NCBI GenBank assembly: GCA_014729705.1
Contig: WJJK01000045.1
Location: forward strand, 1 to 49,586
Direction of reading: 5' to 3'
DNA from: Candidatus Altiarchaeales archaeon
GTDB lineage: Archaea > Altiarchaeota > Altiarchaeia > IMC4 > SCGC-AAA252-I15
DNA length: 49,586 nucleotides
The notes under the pieces were generated by a model. It had not been told where the DNA came from and searched no databases. It was given only the letters and a program-made list of their open reading frames with translations. The position numbers and the translations under genes are program-made. The first letter of the stretch is position 1. The number at the start of each line of letters is the position of its first letter. This document shows positions 18,528 to 26,165 of this stretch, piece after piece.

Positions 18528-21164
18528 ATGGTAGATAACAAAAACGTAGAGGAGGGAACCGATAAAGTTTCCGCCCGCGACCTTCTCAAGGAAATGAGAG
18601 AGTTCGCTATCACTGTAGGTGAAGAATGTCCCGAAGGGCATCGAAGAGACCCCAGCAGCGGTCGCTGCCTGCCTATCGGCAGTACAGATCACACTGCCTT
18701 TACTCGAAGCCTCAACGATGATCAAGGTGATGAGTGGAGAGGTCTTGTCGATAAGGACAACGAGACTTTTGATAACGAAGAAAATGTAGCAGATAGAGAG
18801 TCTGCTTCTAATACAGAGAAAGCAGTCGATGCTGATCTGATGGACGAACCTGAAAGTTGTGCCCACGGTACGACTTTTTCTTTTGTTCAAAGAAAATGCG
18901 TTTCTCCTGAGGAGGCTGAAGCTGAAAATAACGATGACAAGGCCATGACCGCCTCTGATGAGTACATTCTTGAGGACGCTAAGAACGGACACGAAGAGGT
19001 TGTTTCTAAGGATCCCCGCGGACGAAGAGATCCAGTGGGGTTTGATTGTCCTCCTAATCAGTTCTTTGACTTCAAGAGGCGTGAATGTATTCCACTCAAC
19101 AAAGATACCGTAATGGCTTCTATCGCTTCTGGTGGCCTGAAGGAAGAAGCTTTTCATGGTGTGGCTTGGACCTCTCCGGATCCTGTTGATGGCCACCGCC
19201 ACGCGGTTACTGTTGATATGGAAGGAAGTGGTAGAACTTCCGTGGCTGTTGGTGGAATCATGGAGCGTTATCCGCACAGCCATGATGTGGAAGATTTCGA
19301 GGTTATTCCCCACGAAGAAGGTGACTACACTTCCCGCCACCCCGGCGGTGTTAATCCTATGGCAGATACTTATGAGATGGAAGCAATGCCTTTGGTAGGT
19401 TCGGAAAGCAAGTTGATGACTGATGCGGAATACGCGGCTGACGAGAAGGAAGCCAAGAGGTCTGATCTTCCAGATGATGCTTTTGGTGTTCCCGAGGATA
19501 GGAAGTTCCCCCTCGATACTTGCGACCGTGTAAGAAACGCAATGGCTCGTTTTAACCAAGCCAAGGGGCTTTCTGCTTCTGATAAGAAGGATCTTAAGAG
19601 AAACATTCTTGAGCGTGCTCTTGAATGTAAGATAGACGTCGAGGAGTTCAAGAACGTAGGTCCTGATGTAGGAGAAGAGACCATCAGAAAGATCGAGAAG
19701 AAAGTAAACGGCTCTTCTGAGGAAGGAAAGAAACTTTCTACCAAGAAGAGGAAGGGGCTCCCTGCGAGCGCCTTTGGTGTTCCTGGAAAGAGAAAGTTCC
19801 CTCTCGATACCTGCAACAGAGTTCGTAATGCAATGGCTCGATTCAATCAGGCCAAGGGACTTACTTCCAGCGAGAAAGCGACTCTACGCCGAAAGATTAT
19901 GGCCAGAGCTAAGAGTTGTGGTATTAAGGTAGACGAGTTTGCCAAGGCTACTACCGCTGAGGATTTTGAAAAGGTTTTCGCTCAGCTTATTGTTCCTTTC
20001 CAGAGGGAAAAGGCTAAGCGCTTGGATGCCTACCACGCCGATAAGGCCAAGGATAAAAAAGGACCTTGCCCTCCAGGGATGGAATGGGATCCAAAGACTA
20101 AGCGCTGCATTAAGATGAAGGCTTTCTATGATAAGGTAGTCGACAAGGCCAGCCACCAGGAAATCATTTCCAAGGACCCTGCTGGTAGAAGAGATACCGA
20201 GGGCTTCCAGTGCCCAGACGGATGGTTCTTCGATTTTAAGAACAGAAAGTGCATCCCTCTTGACCCAGAAGAAAAGAGAAACTTCCAGCCTGGTGATACC
20301 ACTAAGGCCGCGGAAGAAGACGCTGCCAAGAGGGATCTTGCTCCCTCCCCTAAGGGTAAGCCTGCCCGACTTCCTCAAGATTGTCCAAAGGGAACTATTT
20401 GGGATCCTAGGCTCAGGAAGTGTCGTCCATTAGATCCTCCGGACGGTGCGCAACCTCCTCGTGGTAAAGCCTCTGATGATGAGGGCTCTACCAATCCCAA
20501 CGGCCCTGGCAAAGAGAAAGACACTAAGGGTTGCCTGCCTTTCCAGGTTTGGAACCCAAAGACTCAAAAGTGTGAGACGCGAAAGAAGCAGTTCAAAGGA
20601 AAGTCAGATTCTGAGAAGGCTGTTAACGCTCAGCCCAGCAATAGAGAAGGACTGGTTGGAGCCCCAGCCGGCAAAGTAAAGCATGCTACGGATTGTCCTC
20701 CTGGAACTATTTGGGACGGAAAGAACAGGCTTTGCAGGCCGCTGGACTCTATGGACAAGAGTCGTCCTGACGGAAACAGCCCCCAGAATCCGCAGAACTT
20801 TGCTACAGTAGAGGATGTTGTAGAGAACATGTCCTTGGCAAAGCTCATAGCTCACCTGGATCAGATCATCAGAGAAGAGGTTCAGGATACTCGAAAGGAG
20901 AAAGCCAAGGTAGCTGCTAAGGATCTTCCCAACGAGGCCTTCCCGCCTTCCTTGGTAGGCTCTACTCGCCGAAGTCTCATGCACCACTCTCCTGATGTAA
21001 CCGATCCTTATGACACCGGTACTGTGGATGTTGCCCGCCTTCGCAATGCCCTTGCTCGCGTGAATAAGATAAGTGGTTATTCGGAAAGGGCTGTTGATGA
21101 GGCTTATGATCATCTTCTATTCCATGCCCGAGAGGTTGTCGCCCAGCATTTGGGAAAAAAGTAA
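18528..21164 (+). CDS. head-module protein with 8 Cys-pair modules and a duplicated FPLDTC..RVRNAMARFNQ module
   Basis: 878 aa. Contains repeats of the form CPxGxxWDxxxxxCxPLD and two ~63-aa tandem copies. Confidence 0.7.
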   Translation: MVDNKNVEEGTDKVSARDLLKEMREFAITVGEECPEGHRRDPSSGRCLPIGSTDHTAFTRSLNDDQGDEWRGLVDKDNETFDNEENVADRESASNTEKAVDADLMDEPESCAHGTTFSFVQRKCVSPEEAEAENNDDKAMTASDEYILEDAKNGHEEVVSKDPRGRRDPVGFDCPPNQFFDFKRRECIPLNKDTVMASIASGGLKEEAFHGVAWTSPDPVDGHRHAVTVDMEGSGRTSVAVGGIMERYPHSHDVEDFEVIPHEEGDYTSRHPGGVNPMADTYEMEAMPLVGSESKLMTDAEYAADEKEAKRSDLPDDAFGVPEDRKFPLDTCDRVRNAMARFNQAKGLSASDKKDLKRNILERALECKIDVEEFKNVGPDVGEETIRKIEKKVNGSSEEGKKLSTKKRKGLPASAFGVPGKRKFPLDTCNRVRNAMARFNQAKGLTSSEKATLRRKIMARAKSCGIKVDEFAKATTAEDFEKVFAQLIVPFQREKAKRLDAYHADKAKDKKGPCPPGMEWDPKTKRCIKMKAFYDKVVDKASHQEIISKDPAGRRDTEGFQCPDGWFFDFKNRKCIPLDPEEKRNFQPGDTTKAAEEDAAKRDLAPSPKGKPARLPQDCPKGTIWDPRLRKCRPLDPPDGAQPPRGKASDDEGSTNPNGPGKEKDTKGCLPFQVWNPKTQKCETRKKQFKGKSDSEKAVNAQPSNREGLVGAPAGKVKHATDCPPGTIWDGKNRLCRPLDSMDKSRPDGNSPQNPQNFATVEDVVENMSLAKLIAHLDQIIREEVQDTRKEKAKVAAKDLPNEAFPPSLVGSTRRSLMHHSPDVTDPYDTGTVDVARLRNALARVNKISGYSERAVDEAYDHLLFHAREVVAQHLGKK

Positions 21165-21215
21165 GCGGGTGGAAGAATCATAGTCAGATTACTGACCCCA
21201 GAAAGTTCCACCCGC
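21155..21215 (+). promoter_or_regulatory. candidate -1 programmed frameshift signal (A_AAA_AAG plus stem-loop)
   Basis: The slippery heptamer 21155-21161 is in the zero frame, immediately before the TAA. A perfect 10-bp stem pairs GCGGGTGGAA (21165-21174) with TTCCACCCGC (21206-21215). Confidence 0.55.
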
Positions 21216-21589
21216 AGTGCAGACCAGAGGAGGTATTTGATCCGGACGCCGGAGCCTGTGTTCCTATAACCAATGTTAAGGGGGCGGACCCCGTGGGTAC
21301 TTTGGAATGTCCAGAGGGGTTTGTTTTAGATGAACGCCTTGGTCTTTGTGCTCCCGAAAATCCCACTATCCAGGCATCGTACAAAAAACCCAAAAAGAGT
21401 AAAAATAAAAAGACTTCTGCAATCGATCTTTTGCGGCAGGTCAGAAAAAATGCACAGCAAAAGTTTTCCGGCAAAATGGAGAAATGTATCCAGGATGTAA
21501 AGGCGGATCTTCGTAAGGATGATCGTCTTGACGAGTCCACCGTGAAAAGTCGAGCCATAGCCATTTGTCGTAGTCAGTTAGGAGAATAA
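21161..21589 (+). CDS. -1-frame continuation of the 878-aa protein (the track lists only 21293..21589 from a GTG)
   Basis: The frame is open from 21161 with no start codon before 21293. It still encodes two more Cys-pair modules, CRPEEVFDPDAGACVP and CPEGFVLDERLGLCAP. Confidence 0.55.
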   Translation, partial: VSGWKNHSQITDPRKFHPQCRPEEVFDPDAGACVPITNVKGADPVGTLECPEGFVLDERLGLCAPENPTIQASYKKPKKSKNKKTSAIDLLRQVRKNAQQKFSGKMEKCIQDVKADLRKDDRLDESTVKSRAIAICRSQLGE

Positions 21590-21591
21590 TC

Positions 21592-22110
21592 ATGCGTAAG
21601 ATTAAGAGAACACAGTATAAGGACAAGGCTTTCCATCTTCCTGATAACGAGAGGGAGGCTGTTGCTCGCGGATTGTTCCACTTAGTAGCTGATACTTTTG
21701 CCATGGCCATAAAGGGTTACCATTTCCATTGGAATGTTGTATCTCCTATTTTTGAAGATCTTCACGAGATGTTCCAGGAAGATTATGAACAAATTTTGGG
21801 GCATGCTGATTTGCAAGCCGAAAGAATAAGGGCACTTGGATTTTCGGTTCCCGGTAGCCTTTCTTCGTTCTCCTCTGAGAGTAGTATTATGGACCAGAAT
21901 GGACTTCCAGACTGGAGGTTTATGGTAGAGGAATGGATTAGAGATCACGTACACATGGCTCGAGAGGCCAGGCAGGTGCAAAGCGTGGCCGAAGCTGCTG
22001 GAGACCAGAACACTTTAGCCATGTTAGATAGCGTTATTCTTTTCCACGATAAAAGGGCTTGGATGTTTAGAAGTGTAGTCCAAATGAGTCCTGATAGATT
22101 TCCGAGGTAA
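21592..22110 (+). CDS. dps: Dps-family ferritin-like protein
   Basis: HFHWNVVSPIFEDLHEMFQEDYEQILGHADLQAERIRALG and AGDQNTLAMLDSVILFHDKRAWMF match the Dps ferroxidase and helix pattern. Confidence 0.8.
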   Translation: MRKIKRTQYKDKAFHLPDNEREAVARGLFHLVADTFAMAIKGYHFHWNVVSPIFEDLHEMFQEDYEQILGHADLQAERIRALGFSVPGSLSSFSSESSIMDQNGLPDWRFMVEEWIRDHVHMAREARQVQSVAEAAGDQNTLAMLDSVILFHDKRAWMFRSVVQMSPDRFPR

Positions 22111-22136
22111 AACTATGATGGAGGCAGCTTCTAAAA

Positions 22137-22415
22137 ATGTGGGAGTTCTTCTCGGCAGTATTCCAACAAACAGGAATCTTAGGGCTATCTTGTGTAGTCG
22201 AAGCTGCAGTTATAGCTTACTTAGTTAGGCTTTACCGTCAAAAAGACAATCAAGCGGATGCACTGAACAAGCGTCTTTTCGAAATGTCTGAGAAAAGACT
22301 GAAAGACGTGGTAGAAGAGAGAGAAAAATACGAGGACTTATCTCAGGATCTAAACAAATCTATAAATCTTCTTATAAAAGTCTTTCGGAAGAAGAACGGT
22401 ATTAATGGGGATTAG
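22137..22415 (+). CDS. small membrane-anchored coiled-coil protein
   Basis: N-terminal hydrophobic segment GILGLSCVVEAAVIAYLV followed by a charged helix. Confidence 0.45.
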   Translation: MWEFFSAVFQQTGILGLSCVVEAAVIAYLVRLYRQKDNQADALNKRLFEMSEKRLKDVVEEREKYEDLSQDLNKSINLLIKVFRKKNGINGD

Positions 22416-22427
22416 AAGGAGTTATTC

Positions 22428-22634
22428 ATGCCGGCACTACCAAAGGAGGTAGAAACTTCCATGAATATTATCGAAAAAAACGAGAGATTAGTAGAGCAAG
22501 AAAAGATTAGAGGTCTTTTCTGTGTCCAAACTATGAAGCAAGCCATCGAGGATCTAAACGAAGCTCTTGAAGAAGACTTGGAAAACTCAGAAGAGAAAAC
22601 CGCCCCGGCTGAAGCCGGGATGGGAGGAAAATAA
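22428..22634 (+). CDS. small acidic protein
   Basis: 68 aa, with AAGGAG upstream. Confidence 0.4.
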   Translation: MPALPKEVETSMNIIEKNERLVEQEKIRGLFCVQTMKQAIEDLNEALEEDLENSEEKTAPAEAGMGGK

Positions 22635-24067
22635 TGACTACCGAAGATAACAAGATCAGACTCTATGCCCCGATAGAAGTTGAGGAGCAAGTAGAGAAAT
22701 CTGCCCAGGAGAAGGCTTCTTTTCTAACCTTCCCAGAGGAAAAGCAGCAAGATCTGCAATACATCAGATCCTGCCTGGTTTCAGCAGGAACCAATAAAAA
22801 CGGAGCCCACTTTCTACCTTCGGAAATGATGCAAGCCCACAACACCGTAGTTAACAAGGCTATAGACATCGAGCATGAAGAGGAAAGAGTAATAGGTCAT
22901 ATTTACGATTGTGCCTATTTGTTCAAGGATGGTAGTCAGTTTGATCCTCTTAAGATTATGGCAGAGTACGAAGAGGCCCAGCAGGATCTCGACGATTTGG
23001 ACATCGACATAGCGATAGCCGGCGTTATTCATAAGATGCGTTTCCCAGATTATGCTGAAGAAATCTCCAATGGTGAGTGGAAAGTAAGCATGGAGTGTTT
23101 CTTCAAAGATTTTGACATCAAGATTGGTAGTACTATCATCACCCGCGACGAGGCCCAGGCTTTGGGTTACGATCCCAATCAGCTTATCGGAGGTTTCGTT
23201 AAAGTGGTTGCAGGCCAGAAGGCTTTAGGCAAGCACATGGTGGCTCGCGTTTTGCGCAACATCACCTTTAGCGGTATGGGTATTGTTAAGAATCCCGCTA
23301 ACCCTCACTCTATTATCATGGAGACCGCGTCTCACCGTGAGCTCATGGAAAAGGGTGAGCAAGTAGTAGACCTGGAACAGGTCGACAATGTGCGTGGCCA
23401 TCAAGTAGTCCTGTCCGAAAAGGCCGGGGAAGAAACCCAGGTTGACAAGGAGGAAAAAGTGGCAGATAATTTAGTAGAACTAAATCTTGCTTCTGAAGAA
23501 GCGTCTGAAGAGAAGCCCAAGCTTTATGTAGAGCTGGACAAAGAAACTGGTGGGATAAAGAGAGTTCTCACCGTAAGTCCCAATCAGGAAGTCGCTGCCC
23601 GCTGGAACGGAGGAGGTCTTCCCGGCCCTGGCAGTGTTTCTACCCAGGTAGACAGTATTTGTAAGAGCTTCAAGAAGAGAGTAACCAAGTTTAATGCTCT
23701 CGATCAGTCTGAAGCTGTTGTGGTTCATGAACACTGGTGCGCTCTTTTTGAAGAGCCTTGCCCCGTAATCGGAGCCTCTGCTAAAGCCCCTGAGTGTTTG
23801 AGGAACCAGAGAAACTCGGTTACCCGGGATCCCGAAAGTACAACCATCACCAAGACCGTGCGTGAGCACGTAGATGACGGTCCTGGAAATACTTTTACCA
23901 CCACCCTGCAGCAGCAGTGGACTCCTTCCTCTCCTCGTGCTACTGCTTCTGAAAATTCTATGACCGAACGCAAGGAGCAGATAGCGCGGCTTCGAGAAGA
24001 TGCCGAATCCCTACGAAACTCTATCAGAGATTTTGTAGTGGATGATGAAAAAAAAAGTTCAAAGTAG
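22634..24067 (+). CDS. putative prohead protease / scaffold-like protein
   Basis: Lies between portal and capsid. GTNKNGAHFLPSEMM...AIDIEHEE..VIGHI resembles the NxNGxxF...H block of T4 gp21-type prohead proteases, recalled from memory. Confidence 0.4.
   Translation: MTTEDNKIRLYAPIEVEEQVEKSAQEKASFLTFPEEKQQDLQYIRSCLVSAGTNKNGAHFLPSEMMQAHNTVVNKAIDIEHEEERVIGHIYDCAYLFKDGSQFDPLKIMAEYEEAQQDLDDLDIDIAIAGVIHKMRFPDYAEEISNGEWKVSMECFFKDFDIKIGSTIITRDEAQALGYDPNQLIGGFVKVVAGQKALGKHMVARVLRNITFSGMGIVKNPANPHSIIMETASHRELMEKGEQVVDLEQVDNVRGHQVVLSEKAGEETQVDKEEKVADNLVELNLASEEASEEKPKLYVELDKETGGIKRVLTVSPNQEVAARWNGGGLPGPGSVSTQVDSICKSFKKRVTKFNALDQSEAVVVHEHWCALFEEPCPVIGASAKAPECLRNQRNSVTRDPESTTITKTVREHVDDGPGNTFTTTLQQQWTPSSPRATASENSMTERKEQIARLREDAESLRNSIRDFVVDDEKKSSK
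24048..24056 (+). promoter_or_regulatory. A9 slippery run (candidate -1 frameshift or transcriptional slippage site)
   Basis: The sequence gaAAAAAAAAAgt places A_AAA_AAA in the zero frame, 3 codons before the TAG. Confidence 0.5.
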
Positions 24068-24384
24068 TTAGTAGGTCCATCGAGGCTTCTTCCGTTATTA
24101 CTGATGAGGAAGTAGAGAGATTTAAACATAAAATTGACGCTTTTAAGAGGGCCCAGTCCCTTAACCCTTCCGCTGATCGCCAGAAGACTTCCGGCTTTCT
24201 CCTTTTAATAGGTTCCGCCCCTCGTATTGTAGAGGGCGGAGAGGATCGCGAGCACGCGATAGAGAAAGCTGTGGAAATCATTAACGAGCAGGACACCGTG
24301 GTTTTTCTCTCCAAAGCGGTGTTCGACATTGGCCAATCCAAGATTACCAAAGATCAGCTGATTTTTACAAGAGAGACTGTATAA
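24055..24384 (+). CDS. -1-frame 109-codon extension of the 477-aa protein (not in the ORF track)
   Basis: The frame is open over 24049-24381 with no ATG/GTG/TTG before 24271. It fills an otherwise empty 330-nt gap and ends in TAA just before the next gene's AGGAGG. Confidence 0.5.
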   Translation, partial: KFKVVSRSIEASSVITDEEVERFKHKIDAFKRAQSLNPSADRQKTSGFLLLIGSAPRIVEGGEDREHAIEKAVEIINEQDTVVFLSKAVFDIGQSKITKDQLIFTRETV

Positions 24385-24396
24385 GGAGGAAACAAC

Positions 24397-24597
24397 ATGG
24401 CAAAGCCAGATCTTCAGGGTGTTAGAGTTACTCCTGCTGGAGAACTTCGCCGAGACGACGGTAAACTCGGCCTCGCCCTCGCCTTTGATAACCTGCTTAC
24501 TGCTGAGGGCCCTCTTGATGCTACCGCCAGTGGCGTTCCTGTAGGAGGCCTTTATGTCGATTCCACTACAAGCGGAATCGCAGTTCGCCTGAGTTAA
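24397..24597 (+). CDS. small head-module protein
   Basis: 66 aa, with a strong TAAGGAGGA SD. Confidence 0.5.
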   Translation: MAKPDLQGVRVTPAGELRRDDGKLGLALAFDNLLTAEGPLDATASGVPVGGLYVDSTTSGIAVRLS

Positions 24598-24751
24598 GTT
24601 TATTTTAGTTTTAGGTTTTTGGTGACCGGATTAAAACCAAGGAAACGGAGTAGATGAGAGGAAGCGTGACACAAAGAGCACGCAGTGATAAGGTTGCGTT
24701 GGGGGACGTCAACTTTGTCCGACATAACCCTAAAAAGGAGGAAGAGCGACC

Positions 24752-25657
24752 ATGAACAAAGTATTGGAGATGACTCCTGAAGAGTTCAGCGCTGCTGTCC
24801 AGGATAAGGTCGATGAGATCCTTTCCTCGAAAGAGGAGGCTCAGGCCAGACAGGAAGCAGAGGAAGCTCTCGCCGAGGCAAAGTCCACTTTTGAAAAGCT
24901 CCGCGCGGCCCTTGAGGCAAAGGACGCAAAGATCGCTGAGTATGAAGAGGCCCTTGCTAATCTTGACAACTACAACCCGTCTGACGGGGAAGTTGCTGCT
25001 AATGAGAGAGTTGTTGAACTCGAAGAGCTTGTAAACACTTACAAGCATCGCGCAGAGGTGGCTGAGGCCGCCCTGGATACGCTCGCTCGAGAAGAGACTG
25101 CCGCCAGCCGTATGTCCGAGCTGGAGGAGGCAGGCGTCGCTCTTGAGGACGAAGAGGCCGAGCGACAGTACGCTAAGGTCCGAGACCTCTCTGACGAAGA
25201 CTTTGAGTCTTATAAGAGCGAGCTCATTGCTCTAAGAAGTAAGTACGCATCCTCTTCCGCAGAAGCAGGAGAAGACTCCGAGGTAGCTGAGCTTTCAGAC
25301 GAAGAAGTTCGAATGATTGCCCAGAGCCTTGGTTGTGATCCACAAGACGCAAAGTGCGTATCTATGGTACGCGAGGTAGCTGAGAAGATGGCCGAAGTTT
25401 CTCGAAATCGAAAGGCCCCTGCTGATTCCCAGGAAAAGGCAGAGCAGCCCGAAGATACCGAGGAGAAGGCTAAGGAAGAGAAAGTAGAGGAGCCCCAGAA
25501 AGAAAAGGCTTCTGTAAGAAAAACTCTTTCCCTCGGCGAGGCTATCAGCAAGTCTATGGATCAGGAGATTCGAGTTAACGCCAATCTCCGAGATCAAGCC
25601 ACCCAAGCATGGGAACAATACTACGCTGAGAGGCGTGGTGAAACTAAATCCGAATAA
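24752..25657 (+). CDS. scaffolding protein (acidic coiled coil)
   Basis: 301 aa, E/A/K-rich and heptad-like, located directly upstream of the decoration and capsid genes. AAAGGAGGA SD. Confidence 0.6.
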   Translation: MNKVLEMTPEEFSAAVQDKVDEILSSKEEAQARQEAEEALAEAKSTFEKLRAALEAKDAKIAEYEEALANLDNYNPSDGEVAANERVVELEELVNTYKHRAEVAEAALDTLAREETAASRMSELEEAGVALEDEEAERQYAKVRDLSDEDFESYKSELIALRSKYASSSAEAGEDSEVAELSDEEVRMIAQSLGCDPQDAKCVSMVREVAEKMAEVSRNRKAPADSQEKAEQPEDTEEKAKEEKVEEPQKEKASVRKTLSLGEAISKSMDQEIRVNANLRDQATQAWEQYYAERRGETKSE

Positions 25658-25671
25658 GGAGGACATGAGAC

Positions 25672-26142
25672 ATGGTATTCATTCCACGAGACCCTGTAGT
25701 CCAGAATCAGTTCCTTGTACATGATTCATCCAAGGGAACTACTGCGACCGCTGGTGCCGCTGTCTCTCTTTCTGCGAGTGAGAAGGTTGAAACCGTAAGT
25801 GGTTCTAACACCAAGCCTTACGGCTTCCTCATGCAGAATGTAAAGGCTGAGTCTTCCGCACATCCGACTGGTTTCCAACTCCCAGGCGATCTGGGTAGTT
25901 CCGATGCCTTCACGGGTGATCCGGTTGGTGTTGCTCACCTTGGTCTGTATGACACAACTCACTACGACACCACTCAGACTTATACTGCCGGAGATCAACT
26001 CCAGGTAGCTGCCGACGGAAAGGTAACCCCTTCCGGTTCCGGTAACGAGCTCCACAGCGACGTAGTTGCTGTTGCTCAGAATACCCTTGATTCTAACGCC
26101 GTATCGGCTGGTAGGAATCTAAGGATTAAGCTTCTTATATAA
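25672..26142 (+). CDS. head decoration/cement-like protein
   Basis: 156-aa beta-rich protein immediately upstream of the major capsid gene. Confidence 0.45.
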   Translation: MVFIPRDPVVQNQFLVHDSSKGTTATAGAAVSLSASEKVETVSGSNTKPYGFLMQNVKAESSAHPTGFQLPGDLGSSDAFTGDPVGVAHLGLYDTTHYDTTQTYTAGDQLQVAADGKVTPSGSGNELHSDVVAVAQNTLDSNAVSAGRNLRIKLLI

Positions 26143-26165
26143 ACCCAAAGGAGGAAAAATCTATC

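Noticed and set aside
18504-19559. A 351-aa antisense ORF.
   Set aside because: It lies entirely inside the + strand 878-aa gene. Its translation is low-complexity and hydrophobic, it has no SD, and every supported gene in the window is on the + strand.
24024-24350. A 108-aa antisense ORF in the gap after the 477-aa gene.
   Set aside because: The + strand -1 frame over the same DNA is open for 112 codons. It also fits the operon's geometry, since its stop lies just before the next SD.
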